Positions 12,142-24,300 of a stretch of DNA of 64,000 bases are shown one piece after another. The DNA comes from Mobula hypostoma. Its lineage: Eukaryota. The notes beneath the pieces were generated by a model that did not search any database, was not told the DNA's origin, and was given only the letters and a program-made list of their open reading frames with translations. The translations under genes and the position numbers were made by a program. Location of the stretch: NCBI RefSeq assembly GCF_963921235.1, contig NC_086097.1:231634001-231698000 (forward strand). Direction: 5' to 3'. The stretch's first letter is position 1; every line of letters starts with the position of its first letter.

Positions 12142-12890
12142 CATAATCAGAATCCTGTTTAGTTATCACTGGCATAAGTCAAGTCACGAAATTTGTTATC
12201 TTTGCGGCAGCAGCACCATAAGATTCAAAGATTCAAAAAAACTTTATTGTCAGTCTAACCGTACATCAGCTCTGCAGGGCAGAATGAGACAGTGTTTCCC
12301 AGGAGCAGTGCAACATCATAATAATAAGATGCATAATAATAGGAACAAACATGAATTACAATAAGCGTATGTGTGTGTTCAACTAAACAGGTAGTGCAAA
12401 AATAGAAACAAAAAGTAGTGAGGTAGTGTTGATGGGTTCAATGTTCATTCAGAAATCAGATGGCAGAGGGGAAGAGGCTGTTCCTGAATTGTTGAGTGCA
12501 TTCCTTCAGGCTCCTGTACCTCCTTCCTGATGGAAACAAGGCATGACCTGGGTGATGGGGGTTCTTAATGAAAGATGCCGCCTTTTTGAGGCCTTTCTCC
12601 TTTTTCTCCTTGAAGATGTCCTGGAAACGATGGAATCTAGTGCCCATGATGGAGCGGACTAGGTTTATAATTCTCTGCAGCTTAGTTTGATCCTGTGCAG
12701 TAGCCCCCTCCCTCCCCCATACCTGATGGTAATACGACCAGCTAGAATGTTCTCCATGGTACATCTGTAGAAATTTTGAGTGTTTTTGGTGAATTACCAA
12801 ATCTCCTCAAGCTTCTAATGTAATATAGCCTTCTTTGCAGCTGTACTGCTATGTTGGGTCCAGGTTAGATCTCGAAATTGGAACTCGAAA
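12142..12890 (-). mobile_element. Rex1/Babar LINE 3' fragment
   Basis: ORF 12456-12800 KKAASFIKNPHHPGHALF..GRRYRSLK..FRNSLFPSAI. Confidence 0.8.
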
Positions 12891-13302
12891 TTGCACACAA
12901 AATATAATAGGTGGAATTGTCTGGATCAGGAGTATTTCTATCAGGTTTTGTATCAGTCTGTCTGATGAAATGCAGCCAGGAAGTTATGACAAAACAGTAC
13001 CCCAAGCAAATTGAAGGGAAAAGGACTCTGTTGGAGAAAGCATCCTTTCCTCCCTCTTTGCAGTTCCTCCTGGAACTGAAATCTCCCAGCAGGCTCAGTT
13101 TCTCTCCCTCTGCGAGGTGACCCCAGTGCTTACTTTGAGTAGGAGTCCTCTTTGGCCGGGCCCACACAGACTGGACTTGGGACTGTGATTGCGGCATGTT
13201 CACTGATGACAGTAACCTGCTGGTTATTCCCGGTGAGGAGGTAGCTGCAGTGATATCAATGTCAATATGTCTGGGTTCTCAGATGATGATAGTAGGCTAA
13301 CC

Positions 13303-14225
13303 TCAGAATCAGAAATCAGGTCTATTATCACTGGCACGTTGTGAAGTTTGTTGTTTCACAGCAGCAGTACTGTGCAATACATAAAAAATGACTCTAAGTT
13401 CTCAGAGGTCTCTGTTGATCAGGGTCGACTGTGGATATTGTGTTCTAGCTGTCTAGGTTCGCAAGCCAGGGCAGTGCAATATGGAGTGCAAGCTGTTGCT
13501 CATGTAGCAAGCTCCCCCTGTCCGCCCATCTGATGAACCTAAGCGAATGGCAGAGACTGATGTAGTTTGGCACGAGCAGCGTTAGAAGACTTGCCAGTCA
13601 GCATTGGACTCATCGTAGGACTGTCTTAGGGACACCAGCTCCAGATTTTTCACTCAGGGTTTACTCCTGAATCTTTCCCCATGAGTGGGTATGGCCCAAT
13701 GCAACTGGTTTTAAGGTGTCAGTAACCTGTGTTTGCCTCTTCACCTCTCAGTAGAAATTGTTCTGCCAGGTTTAGTAGCTAAGCCAGTTGGGAAGGCCAG
13801 GAGCTGGACTTGGTTGCCATTGAAGCATTTAATTGGTAGTGGGAGCTTATTCTCATTACCAGCCCCAGCTATAACAGCCTTAAGGAAGCACAAAAGTTAC
13901 AATAAGAAATATAAATACAGTGTGCAAAATGAGGGGAAAAATATTGAGGCTGACGGATGTTCAGAAGTTTGATGGCAGAATGGAAAGAGCAGTTTCTAAA
14001 ACATTGAGTGTGTGTCCATAGGCTCCTATACCTCGTACCTGATGGTAGCAATGAGAAGAGGGCATGTGCTGGGTGGTGAGGGTGCTTAGTAATGGGTCCT
14101 GCCTTTCTGAGGGATTGCCTTCAGAATATGCCTTTGATGGTGGGGAGGCTAGTGTCCATGGTGGAGCTGTTTGAGTTTACAACTCTTTGCAGTGTCTTAT
14201 GATCCTGTGCAATGATGCCTCCGTG
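13303..14225 (-). mobile_element. Rex1 3' fragment containing an RTE-like non-autonomous element (~13400-13883)
   Basis: LPSGTRYRSL..FRNCSF (13869-14051); inner element aligns by eye with 58885-59463 and 53178-53579. Confidence 0.7.
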
Positions 14226-14237
14226 CATTTCCTCCAT

Positions 14238-14891
14238 GCGAATGGTATGCGGCATTTATAGCGAGAGGATTCGAGTACAGGAGCAGGGAGGTACTACTGC
14301 AGTTGTACAAGGCCTTGGTGAGACCACACCTGGAGTATTGTGTGCAGTTTTGGTCCCCTAATCTGAGGAAAGACATCCTTGCCATAGAGGGAGTACAAAG
14401 AAGGTTCACCAGATTGATTCCTGGGATGGCAGGACTTTCATATGATAAAAGACTGGATGAACTAGGCTTATACTCGTTGGAATTTAGAAGATTGAGGGGG
14501 GATCTGATTGAAACGTATAAAATCCTAAAGGGGTTGGACAGGCTAGATGCAGGAAGATTGTTCCCGATGTTGGGGAAGTCCAGAACGAGGGGTCACAGTT
14601 TGAGGATAAAGGGGAAGCCTTTTAGGACCGAGATGAGGAGAAACTTCTTCACACAGAGAGTGGTGAATCTGTGGAATTCTCTGCCACAGCAAACTGTTGA
14701 GGCCAGTTCATTGGCTATATTTAAGAGGGAGTTCGATATGGCCCTTGTGGCTAAAGGGATCAGGGGGTATGGAGGGAAGGCTGGTGCAGGGTTCTGAGAT
14801 GGATGATCAGCCATGATCGTACTGAATGGCAGTGCAGGCTCGAAGGGCTGAATGGCCTACTCCTGCACCTATTTTCTATGTTTCTATGTTT
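14238..14891 (+). mobile_element. CR1 (HER1-like) LINE, young 5'-truncated copy
   Basis: ORF 14303-14797 nearly identical to the C-terminus of 15755-17041; (TTTCTATG)2 tail. Confidence 0.95.
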
Positions 14892-15092
14892 CCCTAACCT
14901 CACTCCTGCACTCCCCTCCCCCACGTGCCAACTCTTCACTCTGCATGAAATGCTCTGTGTAAGGACACATGGTAAACTCCATGTAGAAACCAGGAACAAT
15001 ATCACAGGGAAAGCTGGTTACCTTGTGCTGTTCCTGTCCAGTACTCAGGGGATTGCAAATGATTTTTCGCTAGATTAATTAGAAGGAAAAAC

Positions 15093-15160
15093 CAGCCTGC
15101 GTTCACCAGCAACTTTGATGTGTGTTGCTTGAATTTCTAGCATCTGCAGAATTCCTGTTG
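15093..15160 (+). mobile_element. Penelope-like element extreme 3' end
   Basis: GCGTTCACCAGCAACTTTGATGTGTGTTGCTTGAATTTCTAGCATCTGCAGAATTCCTG matches the other PLE ends. Confidence 0.75.
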
Positions 15161-15713
15161 ATTGAATAACAATACATTATTATAAGTTCATAAGTTATAA
15201 TAATAGCTTATTATAACAATGGCTGCTTGCCATTGAATTTTTGAATTTCCAAATAATTTTCAATTAACATAAGTAAATAATCAAACAAATTCTGAACTCT
15301 GTGCCAAGAACTCGAATTATGAGGTCATCAAATAAAAGCAATTTTTCAAACATTATGCCATAATAAATCAAAACTACATTTTCTTTAAAAAATCGCTATA
15401 TTGTAAAACACACATTGGTCAGCAGGACCAGAAAAAAATTGGAAGTGAAACATGAACAAGACAAAGAAAGGTGTCCTAAATCACTAAATGGGTTGAATTC
15501 CACTAGATATAGAAAAACATCCTTTTCACAGCTCTTCGTTCTACACAGATTAATGTAAACAGTATCGATTGGAGTAAGTTATTATGATGGTGATTAGGAT
15601 GTTATCTTCGTTCCCACATGATTTGGATTTTATTTTCCTAAGCCTTATGATTGTCCTCCCTGCCATTCTGTGTATAGAATAAGCTGCTGTTGGAAGTGGT
15701 AGAGGCAGGTAGA

Positions 15714-17140
15714 ATGAGAAACCGGGGAATTATAGACCGGTTAGCCTAACGTCGGTGGTGGGGAAACTGCTGGAGTCAGTTATCAAGGATGTGATAACAG
15801 CACATTTGGAAAGCGGTGAAATGATCGGACAAAGTCAGCATGGATTTGTGAAAGGAAAATCATGTCTGACGAATCTCATAGAATTTTTTGAGGATGTAAC
15901 TAGTAGAGTGGATAGGGGAGAACCAGTGGATGTGGTATATTTGGATTTTCAAAAGGCTTTTGACAAGGTCCCACACAGGAGATTAGTGTGCAAACTTAAA
16001 GCACACGGTATTGGGGGTAAGGTATTGGTGTGGGTGGAGAATTGGTTAGCAGACAGGAAGCAAAGAGTGGGAATAAACGGGACCTTTTCAGATTGGCAGG
16101 CGGTGACTAGTGGGGTACCGCAAGGCTCAGTGCTGGGACCCCAGTTGTTTACAATATATATTAATGACTTGGATGAGGGAATTAAATGCAGCATCTCCAA
16201 GTTTGCGGATGACACGAAGCTGGGTGGCAGTGTTAGCAGTGAGGAGGATGCTAAGAGGATGCAGGGTGACTTGGATAGGTTGGGTGAGTGGGCAAACTCA
16301 TGGCAGATGCAATTTAATGTGGATAAATGTGAAGTTATCCACTTTGGTGGCAAAAATAGGAAAACAGATTATTATCTGAACAGTGGCCGATTAGGAAAAG
16401 GGGAGGTGCAACGAGACCTGGGTGTCATTATACACCAGTCATTGAAAGTGGGCATGCAGGTACAGCAGGCGGTGAAAAAGGCAAATGGTATGCTGGCATT
16501 TATAGCGAGAGGATTCGAGTACAGGAGCAGGGAGGTACTACTGCAGTTGTACAAGGCCTTGGTGAGACCACACCTGGAGTATTGTGTGCAGTTTTGGTCC
16601 CCTAATCTGAGGAAAGACATCTTTGCCATAGAGGGAGTACAAAGAAGGTTCACCAGATTGATTCCTGGGATGGCAGGACTTTCATATGAAGAAAGACTGG
16701 ATGAACTGGGCTTGTACTCGTTGGAATTTAGAAGATTGAGGGGGGATCTTATTGAAACGTATAAGATCCTAAAGGGATTGGACAGGCTAGATGCAGGAAG
16801 ATTGTTCCCGATGTTGGGGAAGTCCAGAACGAGGGGTCACAGTTTGAGGATAGAGGGGAAGCCTTTTAGGACCGAGATTAGGAAAAACTTCTTCACACAG
16901 AGAGTGGTGAATCTGTGGAATTCTCTGCCACAGCAAACTGTTGAGGCCAGTTCATTGGCTATGTTTAAGAGGGAGTTAGATATGGCCCTTGTGGCTACAG
17001 GGGTCAGGGGGTATGGAGGGAAGGCTGGGGCGGGGTTCTGAGTTGGATGATCAGCCATGATCATAATAAATGGCGGTGCAGGCTCGAAGGGCCGAATGGC
17101 CTACTCCTGCACCTATTTTCTATGTTTCTCTGTTTCTATG
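15714..17140 (+). mobile_element. CR1 (HER1-like) LINE, 5'-truncated, uninterrupted RT and C-terminal reading frame (15755-17041)
   Basis: [44 protein letters not shown]; tail TTTCTATG. Confidence 0.97.
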
Positions 17141-17392
17141 AGGACATTTCTGTCAGTTATCTCTTTAGAAGGACCCGGAAATCCAACTTTGACCTTAATG
17201 GCCACTTCACAATCCACAAAACCAGAATGGAAACAGGTCATCCCTGACCCCAAAGGATTGCCTATGAACTGAAAGAAATTACAACATTACCCAACCAGTG
17301 AAATAACATCTTTCCTTTTCCTCCTCTCCTCAGAAGAAACAAATTTCTAGGAATTCCTCATCAATAACTGAAAAATTCAACCGAAATGCCAT

Positions 17393-17805
17393 GCCCCACC
17401 TCCCCCTTGTTCCCCATCCGTTATCTATTATATATATATTCTTTCTCTCTCTCTCCTTTTTCTCCCTCTGTCCCTCTCACTATACTCCTTGCCCATCCTC
17501 TGGGATTCCCTTCTCCCTAGGCCTCCTGTCCCATGATCCTCTCATATCCCTTTTTCCAATCGACTGTCCAGCTCTTGGCTCCATCCCTCCCCCTCCTGTC
17601 TTCTCCTATCATTTCGGATCTCCCCCTCCCCCTCCTACTTTCAAATCTCTTACTAGCCCTTCTTTCAGTTAGTCCTGACAAAGGGTCTCGGCCCGAAACG
17701 TCGACTGTACCTCTTCCCATAGATGCTGCCTGGCCTGCTGCATTCACCAGCAACTGTTATGTGTGTTGCTTGAAATTCCAGCATCTGCAGATTTCCTCGT
17801 GGTTG
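17393..17805 (+). mobile_element. Penelope-like element pLTR with 3' extension
   Basis: 11-bp TSD CGAAATGCCAT at 17382-17392 and 17806-17816; hammerhead core mutated (CTGACAA). Confidence 0.85.
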
Positions 17806-17934
17806 CGAAATGCCATTAGTTTGTTTCTTAAATCAGCTCGCTTTATTATTATTGTTGCACATACTGACTTGCATTGAGAAATATTTTGAATGTCATTCAA
17901 ACAGATAATTTCATCACAGCAATACAATGAGGTA

Positions 17935-18250
17935 ATACAAAGATTCAAAGTATATTTACCATTAAAGTATGTATGCAGTATACAACCCTGAGATTCATCT
18001 TCCCACGGGCAGCCACGGAACAAAGAAGCATCATGGAACCAGGTCAAAGAAAACATCAAACGTGCAAAAAAAAAGAACAAATTGTGCAAACAGCAAAAAA
18101 AAGTGGAAAAATAGGTAATATAAAACATCAAACAACAATATCACTGAAACAGTCAGTTTAGTTTAGTTCAGTTCAAATTAGTGTTGTGTCGTTTGTGACT
18201 ATAGGCTGCAGAGTCAGTCCACCCTGACCAAAATTGTACAAAATAGCAAT
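17935..18250 (-). mobile_element. 3' part of the recurrent non-coding retroposon family
   Basis: CAAAGATTCAAAGTATATTTA...TACAACCCTGAGATTCATCTTC terminal block. Confidence 0.6.
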
Positions 18251-18414
18251 AGAAAAGGAATAACCAGGAACCAGAAAAACATATAACATGTAACAAGGGA
18301 AAACAATAACAGAATATAGAGTAAATGGTGCAGTTACAAGAAAAGTGTAGTGCAGATAGCCAATAAGGTGCAATGTCATAACAAGATTGGTGTTGAGGTC
18401 AGCAGTTCACCTTC

Positions 18415-18810
18415 TCATTCTAACCGGCTGCATCACCGTCTGGTATGTGGGGGGCGGGTGTGCGGGGGCTACTGTACAGGATTGAAATAAGCTGCAGGAA
18501 GTTGTAAACTTAGTCAGCTCCATCATGGGCACCAGCCTCCGTAGCATCCAGGAGCAATGCATCAAAAAGGCCGCATCCATCAGTAAGGACCCCCATTGCC
18601 CAAGTCATGCCTTGTTCTCCAGGAAGGAGGTACAGGAGCATGAAGGCGCCAACTTAATGACTGAGGAGCAGCTTCTCCCTCTCTGCCAACTGATTTCTGA
18701 ATGGATGTTGAACCCATGAAAAATACCTCACGACTTATTATTTCTATTTTTGCTTTACTTATTTAATTTAACTATTATATATAATAGATATATATGAGTA
18801 CAATAATTCA
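18415..18810 (+). mobile_element. Rex1/Babar LINE 3' fragment
   Basis: ILTGCITVWY, KKAASISKDPH.PSHALF. Confidence 0.75.
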
Positions 18811-20191
18811 GAGTTTTCTCAGATGGCCCAGAGGGCCTGAAATCACACCGCCAGAATGTAGATAACAGGCTCTAACAGTAACAGAACCACATCGGAAATA
18901 AAAACGTATAAAAGAAGTGAACAGAATTGCTTCATGACCCATCTTGGGGACATCACCTTTGTTTTCTGGCACCATCTCCTTTTGGGCAAGGAGTCACAGG
19001 GCCACTTTCATCTTGCGTTTAAAACAGGAGGTGATTACTCCTGAATTAGGGTGCTGTTTAGTTCAACAACCTTAAAGCAAGCTACCAATCTCTTTATCAG
19101 AATATTTTGCAACTTTACCTGATTTTGTCTTGCAGCCTAATGTGGTTAAAAAGAAATCAAAGAAAGAACTTTGTTCCCATTCTACAGCTGAACAGTTTGC
19201 CTTATTTATCTCTGGACCTGCCCTCTGCCAGTTTGAATGGCTCCAATTATATTCGAGTTGTTTGGATAAACAAAAGCCCTATTGAGAACCAGAGCTCCCT
19301 CATACATGCACTTGTGATAGACTCATTTGCTGGGACAACATTCGGTACCAGGTTAACACAGAAAACTGTAACCAGCAGACAATGTCTTCAGATGTTTTAA
19401 TAGTAGTTTTTGTATTCCGCCATGTTTGCTCGCACTGGTCAAGAATAATCGACCCATGTATCTGAGGGCAACCTCTTTGTAGTTCGGCAATTGTTTGGTG
19501 TGTGGTGTGTGTGTATGTGTAAACTGTCCTTGACAAACACCTTCACTGTTCAAGAAACAGTTCATTCCTGTACATTGGCCACAATGTGTTGGTCCCTATT
19601 GCTTCTGTCAGATCAGCACTCACAATGCGCATATTCTCCTCAGGATGACCCATGACTGACCTCAGCCTCACACCAGCCACTCTCACCATTAACTTTCTTT
19701 ATCTTCGGATGAGATCTAAGGCCCCTGCATCCCTGGGCTTGCAGTGATAGGTTTTGAGGTTAGCTCCATCTCCAGATGGAAGCTGTGCGGATATTGACAA
19801 CATGCATAGATCCTGAACAACGCTGGCTCTGAAAATCAGTCCAAGCCTCTACAACCTCAGAAAAAATGACATAAGAGATAAGGTGCAGCATTAGCTTACA
19901 GCAAACATGAAGTGAACAACATGTCGAATATCAAACCCACTAACTCCACCACGACTTTATTATTTTCTGTTAGCCAACCTTATGTACATGTTAGTGTCAC
20001 TTTATGGACCCAAAATTAATCTATGTGTATAAGCTATCTTATGTGCTTTTTATATCTTCTGTGTTTTTTTATGCTGCATCAGATCCGGTGTATTTTTTGA
20101 AGATATTTGACTAATCTTACCTTAGGGTGGTGGTGAATACTGGTAGCCCGGGTTGAGGCATTTGATGTTACTGTGTTTGCCGAGCTTGGCA

Positions 20192-20345
20192 ATTAGCTTG
20201 CAGACATTTCATCACCAGTCGAGAGTCGAGCTGACATCCTCAGTGCACAGTTGGTGTTTCGCTCTGAGCACTCCCAGAGAGAAACATCAATGACTGGACA
20301 ATGAGGATGTCTCCTTGACTGGTGATGAGAAATCTACCAGCTAAT
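20192..20345. repeat. Imperfect fold-back element made of two inverted PLE-type hammerhead motifs
   Basis: Arms ATTAGCT..CATCACCAGTC..GACATCCTCA..TTGGTGTTTC and GAAACATCAA..TGAGGATGTC..GACTGGTGATG..AGCTAAT; minus strand reads TGCA-CTGAGGA-...-GAAAT-GTC-TGCA. Confidence 0.7.
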
Positions 20346-20451
20346 CTTATCTTTTATTGCATTAATTTTATTTTTAGCAGGTTCCAAATGAATGTTTGAA
20401 TGTTTGTGAACATCAGTGGCTGAACAGACATTCAGTAACAGTGGAAGTTTT

Positions 20452-21371
20452 AAAAAACGCAAATACGAGGAAATCTGCAGATGCTGGAATTTCAAGTATC
20501 ACACATAAAAGTTGCTGGTGAACGCAGCAGGCCAGGCAGCAACTCTAGGAAGAGGTACAGTCGACGTTTCGGGCCAAGACCTTTCGTCAAGACGAACTGA
20601 AAGAAGAGCTAGTAAGAGATTTGAAAGTGGGAGGAGGAGGGGGAGATCCAAAATGATAGGAGAAGACAGGAGGGGGAGGGATGGAGCCAAGAGCTGGACA
20701 GGTGATTGGCAAAAGGGATATGAGAGGATCATGGGACAGGAGGCCCAGGGAGAAGGAAGAGGGGGAGGGGGGGAAAACCCAGAGGATGGGCAAGGGGTAT
20801 AGTGAGGGGGACTGAGGGAGAAAAAGGAGAGAGAGAGAGAAAGAATGTGTGTATATAAATAAATAACGGATGGGGAACTCCTATGCTCTGTCCACCAGAG
20901 AAAGCAGGATCTTCCGGTTGCCACACATTTTAATTCTACGTCCCATTCCCATTCTGATATGTCTATCCACGGCCTCCTCTACTGTAAAGATGAAGCCACA
21001 CTCAGGTTGGAGGAACAACACCTTATATTCCGTCTGGGTAGCCTCCAACCCGATGGCATGAACATTGACTTTTCAAACTTCTGATATGCCCCCCTTCACC
21101 CCTCGTACCCCATCCGTTATTTAGGCCTCCTGTCCCATGATCCTCTCATATCCCTTTTGCCAATCACCTGTCCAGTTCTTGGATCCATCCCTCCCCCTCC
21201 TGTCTTCTCCTATCATTTTGGATCTCCCCCTCCCCCTCCCACTTTCAAATCTCTTACTAGCTCTTCTTTCAGTTAGTCCTGATGAAGGGTCTTGGCCTGA
21301 AACATCGACTGTACCTCCTCCTAGAGATGCTGCCTGGCCTGCTGCGTTCACCAGCAACCTTTATGTGTGTT
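20452..21371. mobile_element. Penelope-like element insertion with inverted pLTR arrangement
   Basis: Minus pLTR ~20455-20875; plus GIY-YIG C-terminus 20881-21084 (LPVATHFNSTSHSHSDMSIHGLLYC..RLEEQHLIFRLGSLQPDGMNIDFSNF*) followed by a pLTR; 14-bp TSD ACAGTGGAAGTTTT at 20438-20451 and 21372-21385. Confidence 0.9.
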
Positions 21372-21743
21372 ACAGTGGAAGTTTTGACAATTTAAAGCCC
21401 AGGGTCAGGGCCTCACCAGTTGTCAAAGTTACTCTGCCATTGAAGCAGTCACTAGTTTTAGGAGCAATTTCTCACTGATGTTCACTGCCCTACGACATGC
21501 CAATGAACTGGGAATGGCAGGAAGGGAAAGAGACATCCAAAAGCAGGCCGTAGTTTGAAAAGTGACTATCAGGGTACTTCTGATTTCAATATCCTTTTTG
21601 GGAGCTATGCTTTGGGGAATGCCGTTCACTTGCTCTTGTTTTTGACTTTCTTGTTATGCAGGAGAAATTAGTTGTTGAATAGTCAAACCATTTAATTGTT
21701 TTAATTAAACTTACATAAATATTAAGGCTTTTTAGTCTGCGTT

Positions 21744-22043
21744 GGTGCGTGGCCAATTGGTTAAGGCATCGGTCTAGTGATCTGAAGGTCGCTAGTTCGA
21801 GCTTCAGCTGAGGCAACGTGTTGCGTCGGTGAGCAAGGCACTTAACCACACATTGCTCTGCGACGACACCGGTGCCAAGCTGTATCGGCCCTAGTGCCCT
21901 TCCCTTGGACAACATCGGTGGTGTGGAGAGGGGAGGCTCACAGCATGGGCAACTGCTGTTGTACCACACAACCTTGCCCAGGCCTGCGCCCTGGAAACGT
22001 TCCAAGGTGCAAATCCATGGTCTCACGAGATTAACGGATGCCT
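21744..22043 (+). mobile_element. tRNA-derived SINE, second copy of 322-621
   Basis: Colinear high similarity with 322-621, including the A and B boxes. Confidence 0.85.
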
Positions 22044-22654
22044 ATTAATCTGAAAGTCTGGGTGGGACCACTTGGACCACAGTGTTTGGAGCTGTCCTGT
22101 CTGATTTTGTCAGAAATTAGTAGGCTAATTGGCCATTATAAATTGTTGCATGAATAGGCTACGGTTGTACCTGTAAATAAAAAAATGTCTCAGCTATGAG
22201 TCTGATTCGCCAGTTGAGGTATCCATTTTAGCAAGCCGATACTATCATGTCTTAAACAATTTGCCATTCAGATTGAGTTCAGTCAAGGTTACTCATGCCA
22301 ACAGTAACACAATGAGGGATATTAAAGGGGAGCAAATGATATGAGGTCAGTGCATGAAAACGGCACTAATCAGCCATGATCTATTGAATGGGTGAAGAGG
22401 AAAGAGGGGCTGAATGGCCTACCTGTGATTCTATTATATTAATGTTAGAAAAGACAAGATTCTCTGTCTGACTAGTTTTATCTTCATGGAGTGAAGCCTT
22501 GTACTGGTAAATCTGCAGTGATAAGGTAAAATTTGATGAATTTAAAAATGGATTTGAAATTTACAAACTATCAGTGGAGCCTTGAGAATGAACTTGGAGA
22601 CTGAGATAAGCATGAAATTAAAAATACCATTCCTGTACTCTGCATTTGAAGTTC

Positions 22655-22860
22655 ACAATGTGGTATCCTCTATATCAGGGAAACCAAATGCAGATTGGGT
22701 GATCGCTTTGCTGAACACGTGTTCAGATCACAGGGCCTGGACTTCCCTGCCCGTGGCCTCCTGTATTCCTCGTGTGGCCCAAAGCAAGACTGAGAAATAA
22801 GCACCACATTTTCCAGTAGGGCGTATCGCAGCCTCCTGGACTCAACAGAACTTCAGGTAT
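22655..22860 (+). mobile_element. Old PLE GIY-YIG remnant
   Basis: GILYIRETKCRLGDRFAEH resembles the YIGET..RL..RF.EH motif. Confidence 0.6.
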
Positions 22861-22923
22861 CTTGATTTTCCTCTCTGTATCAGTCATCCATCCATACTAT
22901 TACCTCAACTTGTTTTAGAGTCT

Positions 22924-23275
22924 AGAATCAGAGTCAGAATCAGTTTAGTATCAGCAGCATACGTCATGAAATTTGTTAACTTTGTGGCAGCAGTACAGTG
23001 CAATGCATAATTATAGAGAAAAAGTCTGTAAATTGCAGTAAGTATATCATGAAAAAATGGAAATAAAAAAGCAGTGAGGTCGTGTTCATGCGTTCAATGT
23101 CCATTCAGAAATTAGACAGCAGAGGGGTAGAAGCTGTTCCTGAATCACTGAGTGTGTGCCTTCAAGCTTCTGTACCTTTTTCCTGGTGGTAACAATGAGA
23201 ACAGGACATGGGTGATGGGGTTCTTTAATTTGGGCACCACCTTTTTGACATACCACTCCTTGAAGGTGTCCTGGA
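22924..23275 (-). mobile_element. Rex1/Babar LINE 3' fragment
   Basis: AGAATCAG tail; antisense IQEQLLPLC/FRNSF region. Confidence 0.7.
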
Positions 23276-23302
23276 TACATAGAACATAGAATATTATAGC
23301 AC

Positions 23303-23700
23303 AGCAACACACACAAAATGCTAGAGGAACTCAACAGGCCAGGCAGCATCAATGGAAAAAGTACAGTCGACATTTCGGGTTGAAACTCTTCGGCAGGACT
23401 GGAGAAGAAAAGCTGAGGTGAGATTTAAAAGGTGGTGGGGAGAGTAGAGAGAACCACCAGGTGATAGGTGAAACCTGGAAAGGGAGGGATGAAGTAAAGA
23501 GATGGGAAGTTGATTGATGAGATGAGGTGAGAAAGGGAAAGGGGGATGGGAAATGGAGAGGTGGGAGGGGGTGGTTGGGGGACATTATTACTGAAAGTTC
23601 ATGCCATTAGGTCAGAGGCTACCTGAATGGAATATAAGGTGTTGTTCCTCCAACCTAAGTATGGTCTCATCACGACAGTGGAGCAGGCCATGCATAGACG
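23303..23700 (-). mobile_element. Penelope-like element 3' end, older subfamily
   Basis: Antisense RLEEQHLIFH; degenerate hammerhead at ~23363-23401. Confidence 0.7.
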
Positions 23701-23804
23701 TGGCATCGACAGCTTTTCTCTTGTTTGTGGTTTCATATTACTGCACAGTACAGGTCCTTCAGCCCACGATGTTGTGTTGACCTCTTATCCTACTGCAAGA
23801 TCAA

Positions 23805-24300
23805 TCATAGTCATAGTCATACTTTATTGATCCTGGGGGAAATTGGTTTTCATTACAGTTGCACCATAAATAATAAACAGTAATAGAACCATAAATAGTT
23901 AAATAGTAATATGTAAATTATGCCAGTAAATTATGAAATAAGTCCAGGACCAGCCTATTGGCTCAGGGTGTCTGACCCTCCAAGGGAGGAGTTGTAAAGT
24001 TTGATGGCCACAGGCAGGAATGACTTCCTATGACGCTCAGTGTTGCATCTCGGTGGAATGAGTCTCTGGCTGAATGTACTCCTGTGTCCACTCAGTACAT
24101 TATGTAGTGGATGGGAGACATTGACCAAGATGGCATGCAACTTAGACAGCATCCTCTTTTCAGACACCACCGTGAGAGAGTCCAGTTCCATCCCCACAAC
24201 ATCACTGGCCCTACGAATGAGTTTGTTGATTCTGTTGGTGTCTGCTACCCTCAGCCTGCTGCCCCAGCACACAACAGCAAACATGATAGCACTGGCCACC
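23805..24300 (-). mobile_element. Rex1 lineage B LINE 3' fragment, (CTATGA)n tail
   Basis: ORF 23955-24305 VASAIMFAVVCWGS..HPLH..KSFLPVAIKLYN; near-identical to 25608-26368 and 59505-59892. Confidence 0.9.

Noticed and set aside
15755..17041. 428-aa RT ORF as a host gene, retron or other novel RT system
   Set aside because: Ordinary 5'-truncated CR1 ORF2 with CR1 tail and near-identical sibling copies; no endonuclease, promoter or true start.
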